A stretch of 64,000 bases of DNA from an uncultured Acidobacteriota bacterium (GCA_963770895.1 CAVYRF010000001.1:128001-192000), one strand, 5' to 3'; positions 27,401 to 38,723 are shown, counted from the first letter of the stretch. Program-made: numbers and translations. Notes: generated by a model from the letters alone, not told the origin.

Positions 27401-30400
27401 ATGAGCCGCAAAGTGGTCTGTTGGATCGGTGCCCTATGGTTCGGAATCGTCGCTGCGCAGGTGTCGGCGCAGCCCCTGCTCAAGTCGGCGGTGCAAGTGA
27501 ACGCGGGGAACACCATCCCGGCGGGCCAGACCTTTGGCTATCGGCTCACCTACAACTGCAGCAGCACGTCGGGCCCCTGCCTCAACTCCGAGGTGGACGA
27601 TCTGCTGCCGGCTCAAGTGCAGTACGTCTCGACCGTGCCGGCCAGTCCCACCGGCGACGTGGCGGCGATCAACGTCACCAACAACTACATGGGTTCGGGA
27701 CAGACGCGGGTGCAGTTCGTGATGAACAGCCCGCTGACCGCCGGCAACAGCGGCGACCTGCTGATCAACGTGCGCTTCCCCGACGGCTCGACCGCCAACG
27801 GCACCACGGCGGTCAACACCGCCGACGCCATCAACCTGAGCGCCACCCCCGGCACCTTCACCACGCCGCCGGTCACCGTCACCGCCACCGCGGCGCTGGA
27901 CGCGACGCTCACCAAGACGCTGCTCACCAACCCGGCCAACCTGGACATGCCGGTGTCCTACCGGCTGAGCATCGCGGTCCCGAGCGGCGGCGGCGACCTG
28001 GAGCTGACCGCCATCGGGCCGGTGACCGATACGCTGCCCACCGGCGTGGTGTTCACCAGCGCCAGCCCGGCCGCCGACTGCGAGCCGGGCTGTGACGGCA
28101 CCACCCCGGCCACCATCACCTGGACCGCCCCCTGCACGGTGCCGTTGGGCTCGGGCAGCAGCTGCAACATCCAGGTCAACGTCACCTACCCCAGCGCCAC
28201 GTTCACCAGCGGCACCAGCGTCACCAACTCGTTTACCGCCACCGGCACGCCGCTGGGCGGCACGCCGGAGAGCCTGGGCACCGGCCACGTCACCCATACG
28301 GTGACCACCTTCGTGCCCAACCCAAGCGCCGGCCTGGGCAAGGACATCGCGGGCGGCAGCCCCAACCCGCCGACCCTCAACCAGGCTTTCACCTGGGAGC
28401 TGACGCCGTCGGACAACGGCAACGTGCCTCTCGACACCATGGTCTTCATCGACACGGTGCCGGTGCAGCTGCAGATCGCCAGCGTCACGACCGGCGCCTA
28501 CAGCGGCGCCGCGGACTTCGCCGCCGGCGTCGGCGTGCAGGTCAGCTACGAAAAGAACACCGCGCCGGGCACCTTCACCCTGTGGGGCTCTTCGCCCAAC
28601 ACCACCACCAACACCACGCTCACCTACCCGCCGCCCGGCCTGGGCGCCGGCGAATACGTCACCCGCATCGAGTGGCAGTTCGGCCAGGTGCAGGCAGGCA
28701 TGAACGCCACCACGCGGCCGGCGATCAACGGCCAGATCGTCAACCCCGACAACGCCGGCAACCCGGTGGCGTTCGGCAACAGCATCCAGAACTGCGCCGC
28801 GCTCACCGCGGTCTACACCGCCGGCCCCACCAACGTCAGCCACAACGTCTGCTCGACGTTCACGCTCAGCGGTCCGTTCGTGCAGCTCAACCCCGAAAAG
28901 GACAACCTGTCGGGCGGCGGCCCCTTCAACCAGGGCCAGACGGTGAACTGGCGGCTGCGCGTGCGCAGCGCGCCGCAATCGAGCGACCCGGCGCCGCTCG
29001 CCGGGCTGGTGGCGGCCGACCTGCTGCCGGTGGATCTGGTGTACAGCGGCAGCTGGACGTTCGACGATCAGGGCACCGGCCTGCCGGCGCCGCAGACTTT
29101 CGAAGAGATCCCCAACTTCGCCGGCACCGGCCGCACCCTGCTGCGCTGGACCTGGACCGCCGGCAGCGGCGACCTGGGCGTCAACCAGGAGGTGTTCATC
29201 CTGTACAGCACCACGGTGCGCTCCGGCGCCACCTATGGGCCGCTGTCCAACACGCTCAGCCTGACCTCCAACAATCCCGGCCTGGCGCTGCGCTGCTCGG
29301 GATCGTCGTCGGCGGACACCCTCAACATTTCCGGCGACGGCACGTCGCAGACGCTGTGCAACGCCTCCGGCACCATCAACGTGGCGCCCATCGCCCAGCT
29401 GGTGTCCAACAAGCAGGTGCGCGGCACCTGCGACAGCGGTTTCACCGCGACGTCGAACGGCACGCTGGTCGGCGGCGCGCTGCAATACCAGCTGACGGTC
29501 GAGAACGTCGGCACGGTGCCGATGCAGAACATGGTGATGATCGACATCCTGCCGTTCGTCGGCGACACCGGGGTGCGCGACACGTCGCCGCGCGGCTCGA
29601 CCTGGACGCCGCTGCTGGCGGCGCCGATCCTGCCGCCCGCCGGCACGATCCTGTACTACTCGACGTCGGGCAACCCCTGCCGGCCCGAGGTGGGAGGGCC
29701 GACGAGCAGCTGCGACCCGCCCAACTGGACGACCGTGGCGCCGGTGCCGATCACCTCGGTGCGCTCGTTCAAGGTGGACTTCGGCAGCCGCGTGATCGGC
29801 GCCTTCGACTCGCTGTCGTTCACCTTCAACCTGACCACCCCCGGCAACCTGCCGGCGGGCAGCGCCTACAACTCGTTTGCCTACCAGGCCAACCGTGCCG
29901 ACGGGCTGGGCTCGCTCGCCGCCGAGCCGCAGAAGGTCGGCGTCGCGGCCGGCACCTGCACCGCCGGGCTGCTGGGCGACTTCGTGTGGGTGGACACCAA
30001 TAAGAACGGCCTGCAGGACGACGGCCCCACCGGCCTCAACGGGGTCAACGTGCGGCTCTACTCGCCGGGCGCCGACGGCCTGCCGGGCACGCCGGACGAC
30101 GTACTGCTGGCGACCTCGGTGACGCAGCCGGGCCCGACCAGCGCGCCGGGCTGGTACAACTTCCCCGGCCTTGCCGCCGGCAGCTACTTTGTCTGCGTCA
30201 CGGCGCCGCCGACGTTCATCTTCACCATCCCCAACCAGGGGGCGCCGGGCAACAACTCGGTCGCCAACCAGGTGACCGGCTGCTCGCCGGTCGTCACGCT
30301 GGCGACGGGCGGTTCCAACCTGAACGTCGATTTCGGCCTGCAGGACACAGAGACCGCGTCGCTCGGCGACTACGTGTGGTTCGACCGCAACGCCGACGGT

Positions 30401-32890
30401 CTGCAGAACGAATCCACCTGGGACGGCGCCAACGGCGTCACCGTCAAGCTGTGGGTGGACAACGGCGATGGCGTCGCGCAGCCGGGCACCGGCGACTCGC
30501 TGGTGGCGACCACGCTGACCGCCGACGACGTGTACGGGCGCCCCGGCTACTACCGCTTCGACAACCTGGTGCCGGGCCTGAGCTACTACGTGCAGTTCAT
30601 CCTGCCGGCGGCGGCGACCGGCTTCACCACGCAGCACGCCGGCAGCGACACGACGATGGACTCCGACGCCAGCCAGACCAACGGCGTCACCCAGATGGTG
30701 GTGCTCACTCCGGGCGAATACAACAACACCCTCGACGCCGGCCTGATCGCCGCCAGCGGGACGCTGGCGATCGGCGACCAGGTGTGGCTCGACAGCAACA
30801 ACAACGGCATCTTCGAGCCGCAAAGCGGCGAAGCCGGCATCGACAACGTGCGGTTGGACCTGTACCTGGACGCCAACGGCGACGGCCTGCCGACGGTCGG
30901 CGAGTACGCCGGCTCCACCTTCACCAGCACCTCGGGCGGCTTCGCTGGCCGCTACCAGTTCGACAACCTGGCGGGCGGCAAGTACATCGTGGTGGTCGAC
31001 CCGGTGAACTTCACCGGCAACGGCGCGCTGTCCGGCATGATGTCCAGCACCGGCAACGATCCGGCGCCCAGCCCCAACACCTGCACCGACGGCGTCGACA
31101 AGGGGACGCCCATCGGCGCGCTCATCGGCACCCTGCAGTTCACCCTCACCGTCGGCCAGACCAACTGCGGCACCGGCGGCCCCAACACCAACTTCACCGT
31201 CGACTTCGGCTTCCTGCCGTCGGCCGGCACGCCGCCGCCGATGTACGACTACGGCGACGCGCCCGACAACGGCACGGTGGGACCGGGCAGCTACAACACG
31301 ACGGCGCTCAACAACGGCCCCTACCACCTGCTCGGCGTCAAGAACGCGCCGTTCCTGGGCCACTGCGTCGACGCCGACACCGGCTTCAACCAGGGCTACC
31401 TGGCCAAGGCTGACGACGAAACGCTGTCCGCCTTCGTCGTCGGCACCTGCGGCCCCAGCGGCAACGACGAAGACGGCGTGGTGTTCAGCAATCCGTTCAC
31501 CCCCGGCGGCACGGCCAGCTTCACCGTCACCGCCGGCGGCCCGGTGCCCTGCGTGCTCAACGCCTGGGTGGACTGGAACGGCGACGGCGTGTTCGGCGAC
31601 TCGGCGGGCGAGCAGATCGCAACCGACCTGACCGTGTCGCCGGGCACCCCGGCGGTGCTCACCCCGACGGTGCCGGCCGGCGCGGTGCCGGGCGTGACCT
31701 ACGCCCGCTTCCGCTGCTCGACGGCCACCGGGCTGGGACCGACCGGTCCGGCTCCCGACGGCGAGGTCGAGGACTACGCGGTCAGCATCGTCGGCTACGA
31801 CTACGGCGACGCCCCGCAGACCTACGGCACCGCCGGCGCCGGCGCCGCCCGCCACAAGGTCGACCCGCTGGCGCCGCCGCTGATGCTCGGCCAGTGCGTC
31901 GACACCGAGCCCGACGGCCAGCCCAGCGTCGGGGCGGACGGCGACGACACCCATGCCGGCACCAGCCGCATCGGCAACTGTTTCAACGACGAGGACGGGG
32001 TGACCTTCCCGACCCCGATCGTCGCCTGCGCGCCGGCGCAGGTCAGCGTCTTCGTCACCGGCACCGGCGGCAAGCTGGACGCCTGGATGGACTTCGCGCA
32101 GAGCGGCACCTTCAGCACCGCAGGCAACCAGATCTTCACCAGCCAGGCGGTCACTCCGGGCGTCAACCTGCTCACCTTCACCGTCCCCTGTTCGGCCAAG
32201 GTCGGCACCAGCTACGCCCGCTTCCGCCTGTCGTCGGCGGGGGGCCTGGGACCCACCGGCACCGCCAACGACGGCGAGGTCGAGGACTACCTGATCACCC
32301 TGGTCGAGCACCCGCTGATCGGCCTGGCCAAGGAGGTCCTGTCGGTCACCCCCGACCCCTCGGTCGCCGGTGATTCGCAGGTCACCTTCCTGTTCACCGT
32401 GGAGAACATGGGCAACGTCGCGCTGTCCAACGTCAACGTCGTGGACAACCTGGTCGCCACCTTCGTCGCCCCGGCCAGCTTCACCGTGACCGGCATCAGC
32501 AGCACGGCGCTGCCCGTCAACTCCGCCTTCAACGGCAACTCCAACACCTCGCTGCTGGCCGCGGGGGCCACCCTGGCCGTCGGCCAGACCGCCACCATCA
32601 CAGTCACCGTCCACGCCCACTCCGGCGGCTTCTTCGGCCCCTACAGCAACACCGCCACCGCCAGCGGCGTGAGCCCGGCCGCGGCTACCGTCACCGACGT
32701 CTCGCAAAACGGCACCAACCCCGACCCGGACGGCGACGGCAACCCCGGCAACAACAACCAGCCCACCATCTTCGACCTGCCCACCAGCATCGCCCAGATC
32801 CCCACCCTCACCCCGTGGGGAGCCGCGATCCTGGTCCTGTTCCTGGCCCTGGCCGCCTGGCACCAGCTCCGCCGCCGCCGGCGGGCCTAG
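27401..32890 (+). CDS. large secreted surface protein/adhesin: DUF11-like repeats, SdrD B-like domains, two GEVED domains, IPTL-CTERM anchor
   Basis: Signal peptide; three (L/I)GD.VW.D.N..G SdrD-B repeats; YDYGDAP and GEVEDY each twice; C-terminal IPTLTPWG-TM-RRRRR. Confidence 0.85.
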   Translation: MSRKVVCWIGALWFGIVAAQVSAQPLLKSAVQVNAGNTIPAGQTFGYRLTYNCSSTSGPCLNSEVDDLLPAQVQYVSTVPASPTGDVAAINVTNNYMGSGQTRVQFVMNSPLTAGNSGDLLINVRFPDGSTANGTTAVNTADAINLSATPGTFTTPPVTVTATAALDATLTKTLLTNPANLDMPVSYRLSIAVPSGGGDLELTAIGPVTDTLPTGVVFTSASPAADCEPGCDGTTPATITWTAPCTVPLGSGSSCNIQVNVTYPSATFTSGTSVTNSFTATGTPLGGTPESLGTGHVTHTVTTFVPNPSAGLGKDIAGGSPNPPTLNQAFTWELTPSDNGNVPLDTMVFIDTVPVQLQIASVTTGAYSGAADFAAGVGVQVSYEKNTAPGTFTLWGSSPNTTTNTTLTYPPPGLGAGEYVTRIEWQFGQVQAGMNATTRPAINGQIVNPDNAGNPVAFGNSIQNCAALTAVYTAGPTNVSHNVCSTFTLSGPFVQLNPEKDNLSGGGPFNQGQTVNWRLRVRSAPQSSDPAPLAGLVAADLLPVDLVYSGSWTFDDQGTGLPAPQTFEEIPNFAGTGRTLLRWTWTAGSGDLGVNQEVFILYSTTVRSGATYGPLSNTLSLTSNNPGLALRCSGSSSADTLNISGDGTSQTLCNASGTINVAPIAQLVSNKQVRGTCDSGFTATSNGTLVGGALQYQLTVENVGTVPMQNMVMIDILPFVGDTGVRDTSPRGSTWTPLLAAPILPPAGTILYYSTSGNPCRPEVGGPTSSCDPPNWTTVAPVPITSVRSFKVDFGSRVIGAFDSLSFTFNLTTPGNLPAGSAYNSFAYQANRADGLGSLAAEPQKVGVAAGTCTAGLLGDFVWVDTNKNGLQDDGPTGLNGVNVRLYSPGADGLPGTPDDVLLATSVTQPGPTSAPGWYNFPGLAAGSYFVCVTAPPTFIFTIPNQGAPGNNSVANQVTGCSPVVTLATGGSNLNVDFGLQDTETASLGDYVWFDRNADGLQNESTWDGANGVTVKLWVDNGDGVAQPGTGDSLVATTLTADDVYGRPGYYRFDNLVPGLSYYVQFILPAAATGFTTQHAGSDTTMDSDASQTNGVTQMVVLTPGEYNNTLDAGLIAASGTLAIGDQVWLDSNNNGIFEPQSGEAGIDNVRLDLYLDANGDGLPTVGEYAGSTFTSTSGGFAGRYQFDNLAGGKYIVVVDPVNFTGNGALSGMMSSTGNDPAPSPNTCTDGVDKGTPIGALIGTLQFTLTVGQTNCGTGGPNTNFTVDFGFLPSAGTPPPMYDYGDAPDNGTVGPGSYNTTALNNGPYHLLGVKNAPFLGHCVDADTGFNQGYLAKADDETLSAFVVGTCGPSGNDEDGVVFSNPFTPGGTASFTVTAGGPVPCVLNAWVDWNGDGVFGDSAGEQIATDLTVSPGTPAVLTPTVPAGAVPGVTYARFRCSTATGLGPTGPAPDGEVEDYAVSIVGYDYGDAPQTYGTAGAGAARHKVDPLAPPLMLGQCVDTEPDGQPSVGADGDDTHAGTSRIGNCFNDEDGVTFPTPIVACAPAQVSVFVTGTGGKLDAWMDFAQSGTFSTAGNQIFTSQAVTPGVNLLTFTVPCSAKVGTSYARFRLSSAGGLGPTGTANDGEVEDYLITLVEHPLIGLAKEVLSVTPDPSVAGDSQVTFLFTVENMGNVALSNVNVVDNLVATFVAPASFTVTGISSTALPVNSAFNGNSNTSLLAAGATLAVGQTATITVTVHAHSGGFFGPYSNTATASGVSPAAATVTDVSQNGTNPDPDGDGNPGNNNQPTIFDLPTSIAQIPTLTPWGAAILVLFLALAAWHQLRRRRRA

Positions 32891-32997
32891 CCCCGGCCTC
32901 CCGCCTCTGGCATCGCCTCACCGGCGGGTGCGCGCAAGCGCACCCGCCGGCCGCCCCACCCCATTCACCCTCGGGGCTGGGGCGCCGTGGCAACCCC

Positions 32998-33153
32998 TCA
33001 GCAGTGGTGGATCCCGCAGGACGCGGTGCAGCAGGCGGTGGCGCCGCCGACGCTGGCCGGTTCCGTGTTGTAAGGACCGTCGGGACGACGCAGGTCGTCA
33101 AGGCCGCGCAGGGTTTCGCGGGACAGGTGCATCTTGGTGCGTGCTGCCTTCAT
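32998..33153 (-). CDS. RiPP (lanthipeptide-like) precursor peptide, 51 aa
   Basis: RBS AAGGAGG. Sequence MKAARTKMHLSRETLRGLDD...SVGG/ATACCTASCGIHHC carries the same leader motif as 7997-8191. Confidence 0.7.
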   Translation of the reverse strand: MKAARTKMHLSRETLRGLDDLRRPDGPYNTEPASVGGATACCTASCGIHHC

Positions 33154-33262
33154 GAGAGCCTCCTTTCGGGGCCGGCGGCATGCCAACCCCTACAGAAGCC
33201 AGTGCCGCCGGACCTCCAGGAGCGCTCCTGTCGGCCGGCCTGAGCGGAGTTGCTGCGGGGTG

Positions 33263-34276
33263 TCAGGTGGGGCGGGTGGCGCCTTGGGCTTGAATGTGGG
33301 CGGCTTGGATGGTGGTGTCGTTGAGGAGGTAGATGATGTTGCGGTCGGGGCCGCCGAAGGTGAAGTTGGCCAGGTTGTCGATGAGGATGGCGCCGATGAG
33401 GTTGCCCTGGGGGTTGTAGACCTTGAGGCCGTCGGCGGAGGAGGAGTAGACGCGGCCGGCGGCGTCGACCTTGAGGCCGTCGGGGATGCCGGGGGTGACG
33501 ACGGCGAAGAGGCGGCCGTGGGTGAGGTGGGTGCCGTCTTGGACGTCGAAGGCCAGGATGTGGTGGGGCAGGGTGGGGTGGTAGGAGCCGGGGCCTTGGA
33601 TGGCGGCGCTGTCGTTGATGTAGAGGATCGATTCGTCGGGTGAAAAGGCCAGGCCGTTGGGCTTGTTGAAGTTGTCGGCGACGACGGCCAAGCTGCCGGT
33701 GGCCGGGTCGAAGCGGTAGACGTAGTCGCCGACCAGCGGCTCGGGCTTGAAGGATTGCAGGAAGCCGTAGCTGGGGTCGGTGAACCAGATGCTGCTGTCG
33801 CTCTTGACCACGATGTCGTTGGGGGAGTTGAAGGGCAGGTGGAACCACTGCTCGACCAGGCTTTGATGCCTGCCGGTCGTGAGGTCCAGGCGGGCGATGG
33901 CGGCGGGGCTGGACTTGGTGCCCTGTTCGCAGACGATGAGGCGGCCTTCGCGGTCCAGGGTCATGCCGTTGGCCATGTTGGAGGGCTGGCGCACGACGGT
34001 GATCGCGGGCGGGTCCGTTGTCAGGTCCAGCCGGCTGATGGCCACGGTCTTGTAGCCCGGCGCGGGGACGTTGACGTTTTGCGGCACGGTGGTGAAGTAG
34101 AGCGCTTCCGGGTCGCACACATAGACCGGCCCTTCGTGGGCGTCGGTCGCCACCACCAGGTCCAGTCTTGGATGCGCACCCAGGACGTCCAGGAACTCGT
34201 CGGCATAGACGATGAAGGGGCAGTGCGGGTCGTGCGGGTGGAGCGGCCTGCCTTGCGGGTAGCTCTTCGCGTTCAT
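33263..34276 (-). CDS. SMP-30/gluconolactonase family beta-propeller
   Basis: HEGPVY, ANGM, FNSPND, WFTDPSYG, PNGLAFSPDE and PDGLKVD motifs. Confidence 0.9.
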   Translation of the reverse strand: MNAKSYPQGRPLHPHDPHCPFIVYADEFLDVLGAHPRLDLVVATDAHEGPVYVCDPEALYFTTVPQNVNVPAPGYKTVAISRLDLTTDPPAITVVRQPSNMANGMTLDREGRLIVCEQGTKSSPAAIARLDLTTGRHQSLVEQWFHLPFNSPNDIVVKSDSSIWFTDPSYGFLQSFKPEPLVGDYVYRFDPATGSLAVVADNFNKPNGLAFSPDESILYINDSAAIQGPGSYHPTLPHHILAFDVQDGTHLTHGRLFAVVTPGIPDGLKVDAAGRVYSSSADGLKVYNPQGNLIGAILIDNLANFTFGGPDRNIIYLLNDTTIQAAHIQAQGATRPT

Positions 34277-34379
34277 GGCGTTGCGATAATAGCGGATTAC
34301 GCCTCCACGGGCATCTGTTTCAGCATCCGCGTGCAATCCATTTCTTTGCCGGCCGGCGCTCCCTGGGGCCCGGCCGCCA

Positions 34380-37300
34380 TCAGACGCGCAGGCGATCGTT
34401 GGGGCGGGCGACCAGGGCGTAAAGGGCGGGCATCAGGAAGACGCTGATCAGCAGGCGGGAGAAGAGGCCGCCGACGATGACCTGGGCGAAGGGGCGCTGG
34501 GTGTCGGAGCCGACGGTGGTGGAGAGCGCCGCCGGCAGCAGGCCCAGGGCGGCGACCAGGGCGGTCATCATGATCGGGCGCAGGCGCAGGACGGCGGCTT
34601 CGCGGGTGGCGTCGGCGATGCCGCGGCCGTCCCTGCGCAGCTGGTTGGCGTAGGAGATGTAGATGACCGCGGTCTGCACCGAGACGCCGAAGAGGGCCAG
34701 GAAGCCGATGGCGGAGGAGACCGAAAACGGGGTGCCGGACAGGTAGAGGGCGAGCAGGCCGCCGACCGGATCGGAGATGAGGACGGCGAGCACGGTGATC
34801 AGCGGGAACTTGAGGTTGTCGTACAGCATGAAGAGCAGCAGGAAGATGAGCATCAGCGTGAGCGGCAGGATGAAGCTCAGCTGCTTGCGCGAGGCGGTGT
34901 ACTCTTCGTATTCGCCGCCCCACACCATGCGGTAGCCGGCGGGGAGCTTGACCGCCGCGTCGACCTGGCGCTGGGCGTCTTCGACGGCGCCGGCCAGGTC
35001 CCGCCCCTCGACCGAATATTGCACGCCGATGTAGCGCGAGTTGTTTTCGCGGTAGATGAACGAGGCGCCCTTGACCTCGCGCACGTCGGCGACCTCCTTG
35101 AGCGGAACCTGCTGGCCGTTCGGCGTGGCGATCAGGATGTTGCCGATGGCTTCGGGGGTCTGGCGGAACTGCGGTTCCAGGCGCACCACCAGGTCGAACA
35201 GCTTTTCGCCCTGCACCACCTGGGTGGCGGCGGCGCCGCCCACCGCCGCCTGGACCAGGCCGTTGACGTCGGCGACGTTGAGGCCGTAGCGGGCGATCTT
35301 GGCGCGGTCGGCGGTGACGGTGAGGGAGGGCTGGCCCAGCTGCTTGACGACGGTCAGCTCGGTGATGCCGCGCACGTGTCCCAGGACCTTCTTGACCGAG
35401 GTGGCCAACTCTTCGAGCGTCTTCAAGTCGGTGCCGAAGATCTTCACCGCGAGCGAGCTCTTGAGGCCGGTTTCGGCTTCGTCCACCGCGTCTTCGGCCG
35501 GTTGGGTGTAGTTGAAGACGATGCCGGGGAAGGCCTTCAGCTTGTCGTTGATGGCGTCGACCAGGGCCGCCTTGTTGCGGTACTTGCCGTGCCATTCGGA
35601 ATACGGCTTGAGGCCGACGAAGAACTCGTTGTTGAAAAAGCCGGTGGGGTCGGTGCCGTCGTCGGGCCGGCCCAGCTCGTTGGCGACGGTGGTGACCTCG
35701 GGGAAGGTGCGCAGGACGTTGCGCACCTGCGGCGAGATCTTGGCCGCCTCTTCGAACGAGATGGTGTAGGGGGTGGTGGCGCGGATCCACAGGGCGCCTT
35801 CGTCCAGGTGCGGCATGAACTCGGCGCCGATGCCCGGCACCATCAGCAGCGAGGCGGCAAGGATCAGCACCGACACCAGGCAGGTCAGCCAGGGGAAGGC
35901 CAGGCAGACGTCGAGCGCCCGCGCGTAGCCGCCGCGGATCCATTCGAAGACCACGTTGCGGTGCTCGCGCACGCCGCGCGACAGCGCCCAGCCGCACAGC
36001 AGCGGCACCAGCGTCAGGGTGAGGATGAACGAGCCGATGAGGGCGAAGATGGTGGTGTCGGCCATCGGCTTGAACAGCAGGCCGGCCGGCCCCGCCAGGG
36101 CGTAGATCGGCAGGAAGCCGGCGATGATCACCGCCACCGCGTAGAAGATCGGCCGGTCCACCTCGGACGCCGCGCGCACCACCAGGTCGCGCACCGAATC
36201 GCCGTCGCGGCGCTGCGACAGGTGGCGGAAGATGTTTTCCACCATCACCACGGCGCCGTCGACCAGGATGCCGAAGTCGATGGCGCCGATCGACAGCAGG
36301 TTGGCCGGCACGTGCTTGAGGTCCAGGCAGATGAAGGCGAACAGCAGCGCCAGCGGGATGGTGGCGGCGACGATGAGGCCGGTGCGCACGTTGAACAGGA
36401 AGAAGATCAGGACGATCAGCACCAGCACCATGCCGCGCAGCAGGTTGTCTTCGACGGTGCGGATGGTCAGCGCGATCAGCTCGCGGCGGTCGTAGTACGG
36501 GTGGACCTTGACGTCCGGCGGCAGGATCGCCGCGTTGAGCTCGCGGGTCTTCTTTTCCAGCCGGTCGAGCACCACCTGCGCCTGCTCGCCGGTGCGCATC
36601 AGGATGACGCCTTCGACCGCCTCGTCGCGGTCGTTGTAGCCGAACTGCCCCAGCCGCGGCGCTTCGCCGATGACCACCTGGCCGACGTCCTTGACCAGCA
36701 CCGGGATGCCGTTGTTGACCGCCAGCACGACGTTGCCGATGTCCTCGGGGGTGGCGATGCGGCCCAGGCCGCGCACGTAGTAGAACTGGCTGCCCTGGGT
36801 GTAGAAGCCGCCGCCGGCGTTGCTGTTGTTGGCGCCCAGCTGGGAGATGATCTGCGGCACCGACAGCCCGGCGCCGGCGATCTTGGTGGGGTCGAGCAGC
36901 ACCTGGTACTGCATGCGTGGGGCCGCCCAGGCCCGAGTCGTCGGCGACGCCGGCGACCGATTTGTACTGCCGCTCGACGACCCAGTCTTCGATCGTCTTG
37001 AGCTCCATGGGAGTGCGATCGGGGCTGTCCAGGACGTAGCGATAGATCAGGCCGGACGGCGGCGACAGCGGCGCCAGGTTGGGGGCGACGCCGGACGGCA
37101 GGGTGACGTCGGCCAGGCGCTCGAAGACCTGCTCGCGCGCGAAGTAGTTGTCGGTGCCGTTGTCGAAGCTCATGATCACGTCCGACAGGCCGTACAGCGA
37201 GATCGAGCGGACGACGGTCAGGTTGGGGATGCCGTTCATCTCGATCTCGATCGGCACGGTGATCAGCCGCTCGACCTCTTCGGGAGCCTGGCCCTGCCAC

Positions 37301-37527
37301 TGCGTGATCACCTCGACCATCGGTGGCGAGATGTCGGGGTAGGCGTCCACCGGCAGGCGGCGGAACGAATAGATCCCGGCGCCCAGCAGCAGCACCGAAA
37401 ACAGCAGCGTCAGGAAGCGCTGGCGCACCGCCGTCGCGACGACGCGGTGGATCAGCGACGTGGTCCGCTGCTGCGGCGGGAGCGGCGGCGGCGGCGGCGA
37501 TTCCGGCAGCGGGGGATGTTCGCTCAC
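34380..37527 (-). pseudogene. CusA/CzcA-family heavy-metal RND permease split by a 1-nt frameshift near 36915
   Basis: The N-terminal part (LPVDAYPDISPPMV...DDSGLGGPT) is in one frame and MQYQVLLDP...RLRPIMMTAL in another. Removing one base restores GGPTMQYQV. GTG start overlaps the upstream stop. Confidence 0.85.
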
Positions 37528-38723
37528 AGCGTCTCCGCGGTCTGCAGGAAGAGGCCGCCTTCGATCACCACCGATTCGCCGGCGCGCAGGCCGGAGCGGA
37601 TCTCCTGGCGGTCGCCGCTGCGCGCGCCGATCTCCACCCGGCGCCGGCCGTAGGTGCCGTCGGCGTTGGCGACGAACACGAACGGCAGGTTTTCGTCGTC
37701 GCGCAGCACCGCGGAGACCGGCACCAGCAGGCTGCGCACCGGGCGGCGCGAATGGATCGTCACCTGCACGTACAGGTCGCGCTTGAGCACCTCGCCGGGG
37801 TTGGCGACGTCGAGCCGCACCGCCACGGCGCGGGTGTTGGGGTCCACCAGGGCGGCGATGTAGGTGACGGCGCCCGGCAGCGGCGGCCGGTCGCCGGCGA
37901 TCCGCACTTCCGCCGGGTCGCCCAGCGCCACGTCCGGCAGGTCGGTTTCGAAGATGTTGGCCAGCACCCACACCCGCGACATGTCGGCGATGGTGAAGGT
38001 CGGCGTGGTGCCGCCCGCCAGCAGCTGGCCCGGCGTGATCAGCCGTTCGACCACCGTGCCGGCGATCGGCGAGCGCAGCGAGGCGCCCGGATTCTGGGTG
38101 GGGCGGTTGTCGCGGATCGCCGTGATGGTGGCGGCGTCGACGCCCAGCGACTTGAGCTGTTCGAGCGCCGCGTCGCGGTCGGATTCGGCGCCCACCGCGT
38201 CGCTCTGCGCCTGCTCCAGGTCGCGGCGGGCGATGGCGTCGTTCTTCCACAGCTGCTCGTCGACGTCGGCGATGCGGCGCGCGTTGCGCGCGGCGGCTTC
38301 GGTCTTGCGCAGGGCGCTGACGTCCGCGGCGTAGTCGGGCGACGCCACGGTGGCGAGCGGCTGGTCGCGCCGCACGTGGTCGCCCAGGGCGACCAGCAGG
38401 CGCGTCACCGGCCCCGAGATCGGCGCCAGCACCTGGGTCGAGCGGTTCTGGTCGAAGGCGACGGTGCCGGTCGCCTCGATGGTGCGCGCGAACGAGGCGA
38501 CGGCGGCGGGCTCGGTGTGGATGGTCGCCGCCTGCGCCGGGGTCAGGCGCAGCTCGCCGGCGCGCGGCCCGGAGGGTGCCGGCTCGCCGGGGGCGGTGCC
38601 GCCGCCGCGGCCGCAGGCGGCGAGCAGGGCGAGCAGCAGGCAGGCGGCAAGCGCCGGGGCGGCGCGGACTACGGCGGCGGCGGCGGTAGGCCGCCAGGCC
38701 GGCGGACTGCCAGGTCGCTTCAT
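37524..38723 (-). CDS. RND efflux periplasmic adaptor (CzcB/CusB-like), lipoprotein
   Basis: LAAC lipobox, LRSPIAGTV, VDPNTR and VPVSAV motifs. Confidence 0.9.
   Translation of the reverse strand: MKRPGSPPAWRPTAAAAVVRAAPALAACLLLALLAACGRGGGTAPGEPAPSGPRAGELRLTPAQAATIHTEPAAVASFARTIEATGTVAFDQNRSTQVLAPISGPVTRLLVALGDHVRRDQPLATVASPDYAADVSALRKTEAAARNARRIADVDEQLWKNDAIARRDLEQAQSDAVGAESDRDAALEQLKSLGVDAATITAIRDNRPTQNPGASLRSPIAGTVVERLITPGQLLAGGTTPTFTIADMSRVWVLANIFETDLPDVALGDPAEVRIAGDRPPLPGAVTYIAALVDPNTRAVAVRLDVANPGEVLKRDLYVQVTIHSRRPVRSLLVPVSAVLRDDENLPFVFVANADGTYGRRRVEIGARSGDRQEIRSGLRAGESVVIEGGLFLQTAETL

Noticed and set aside
33171-33185. sigma54-like GG-N10-GC upstream of precursor 2
   Set aside because: The predicted start site would fall within the RBS and the -12 element lacks TTGC.
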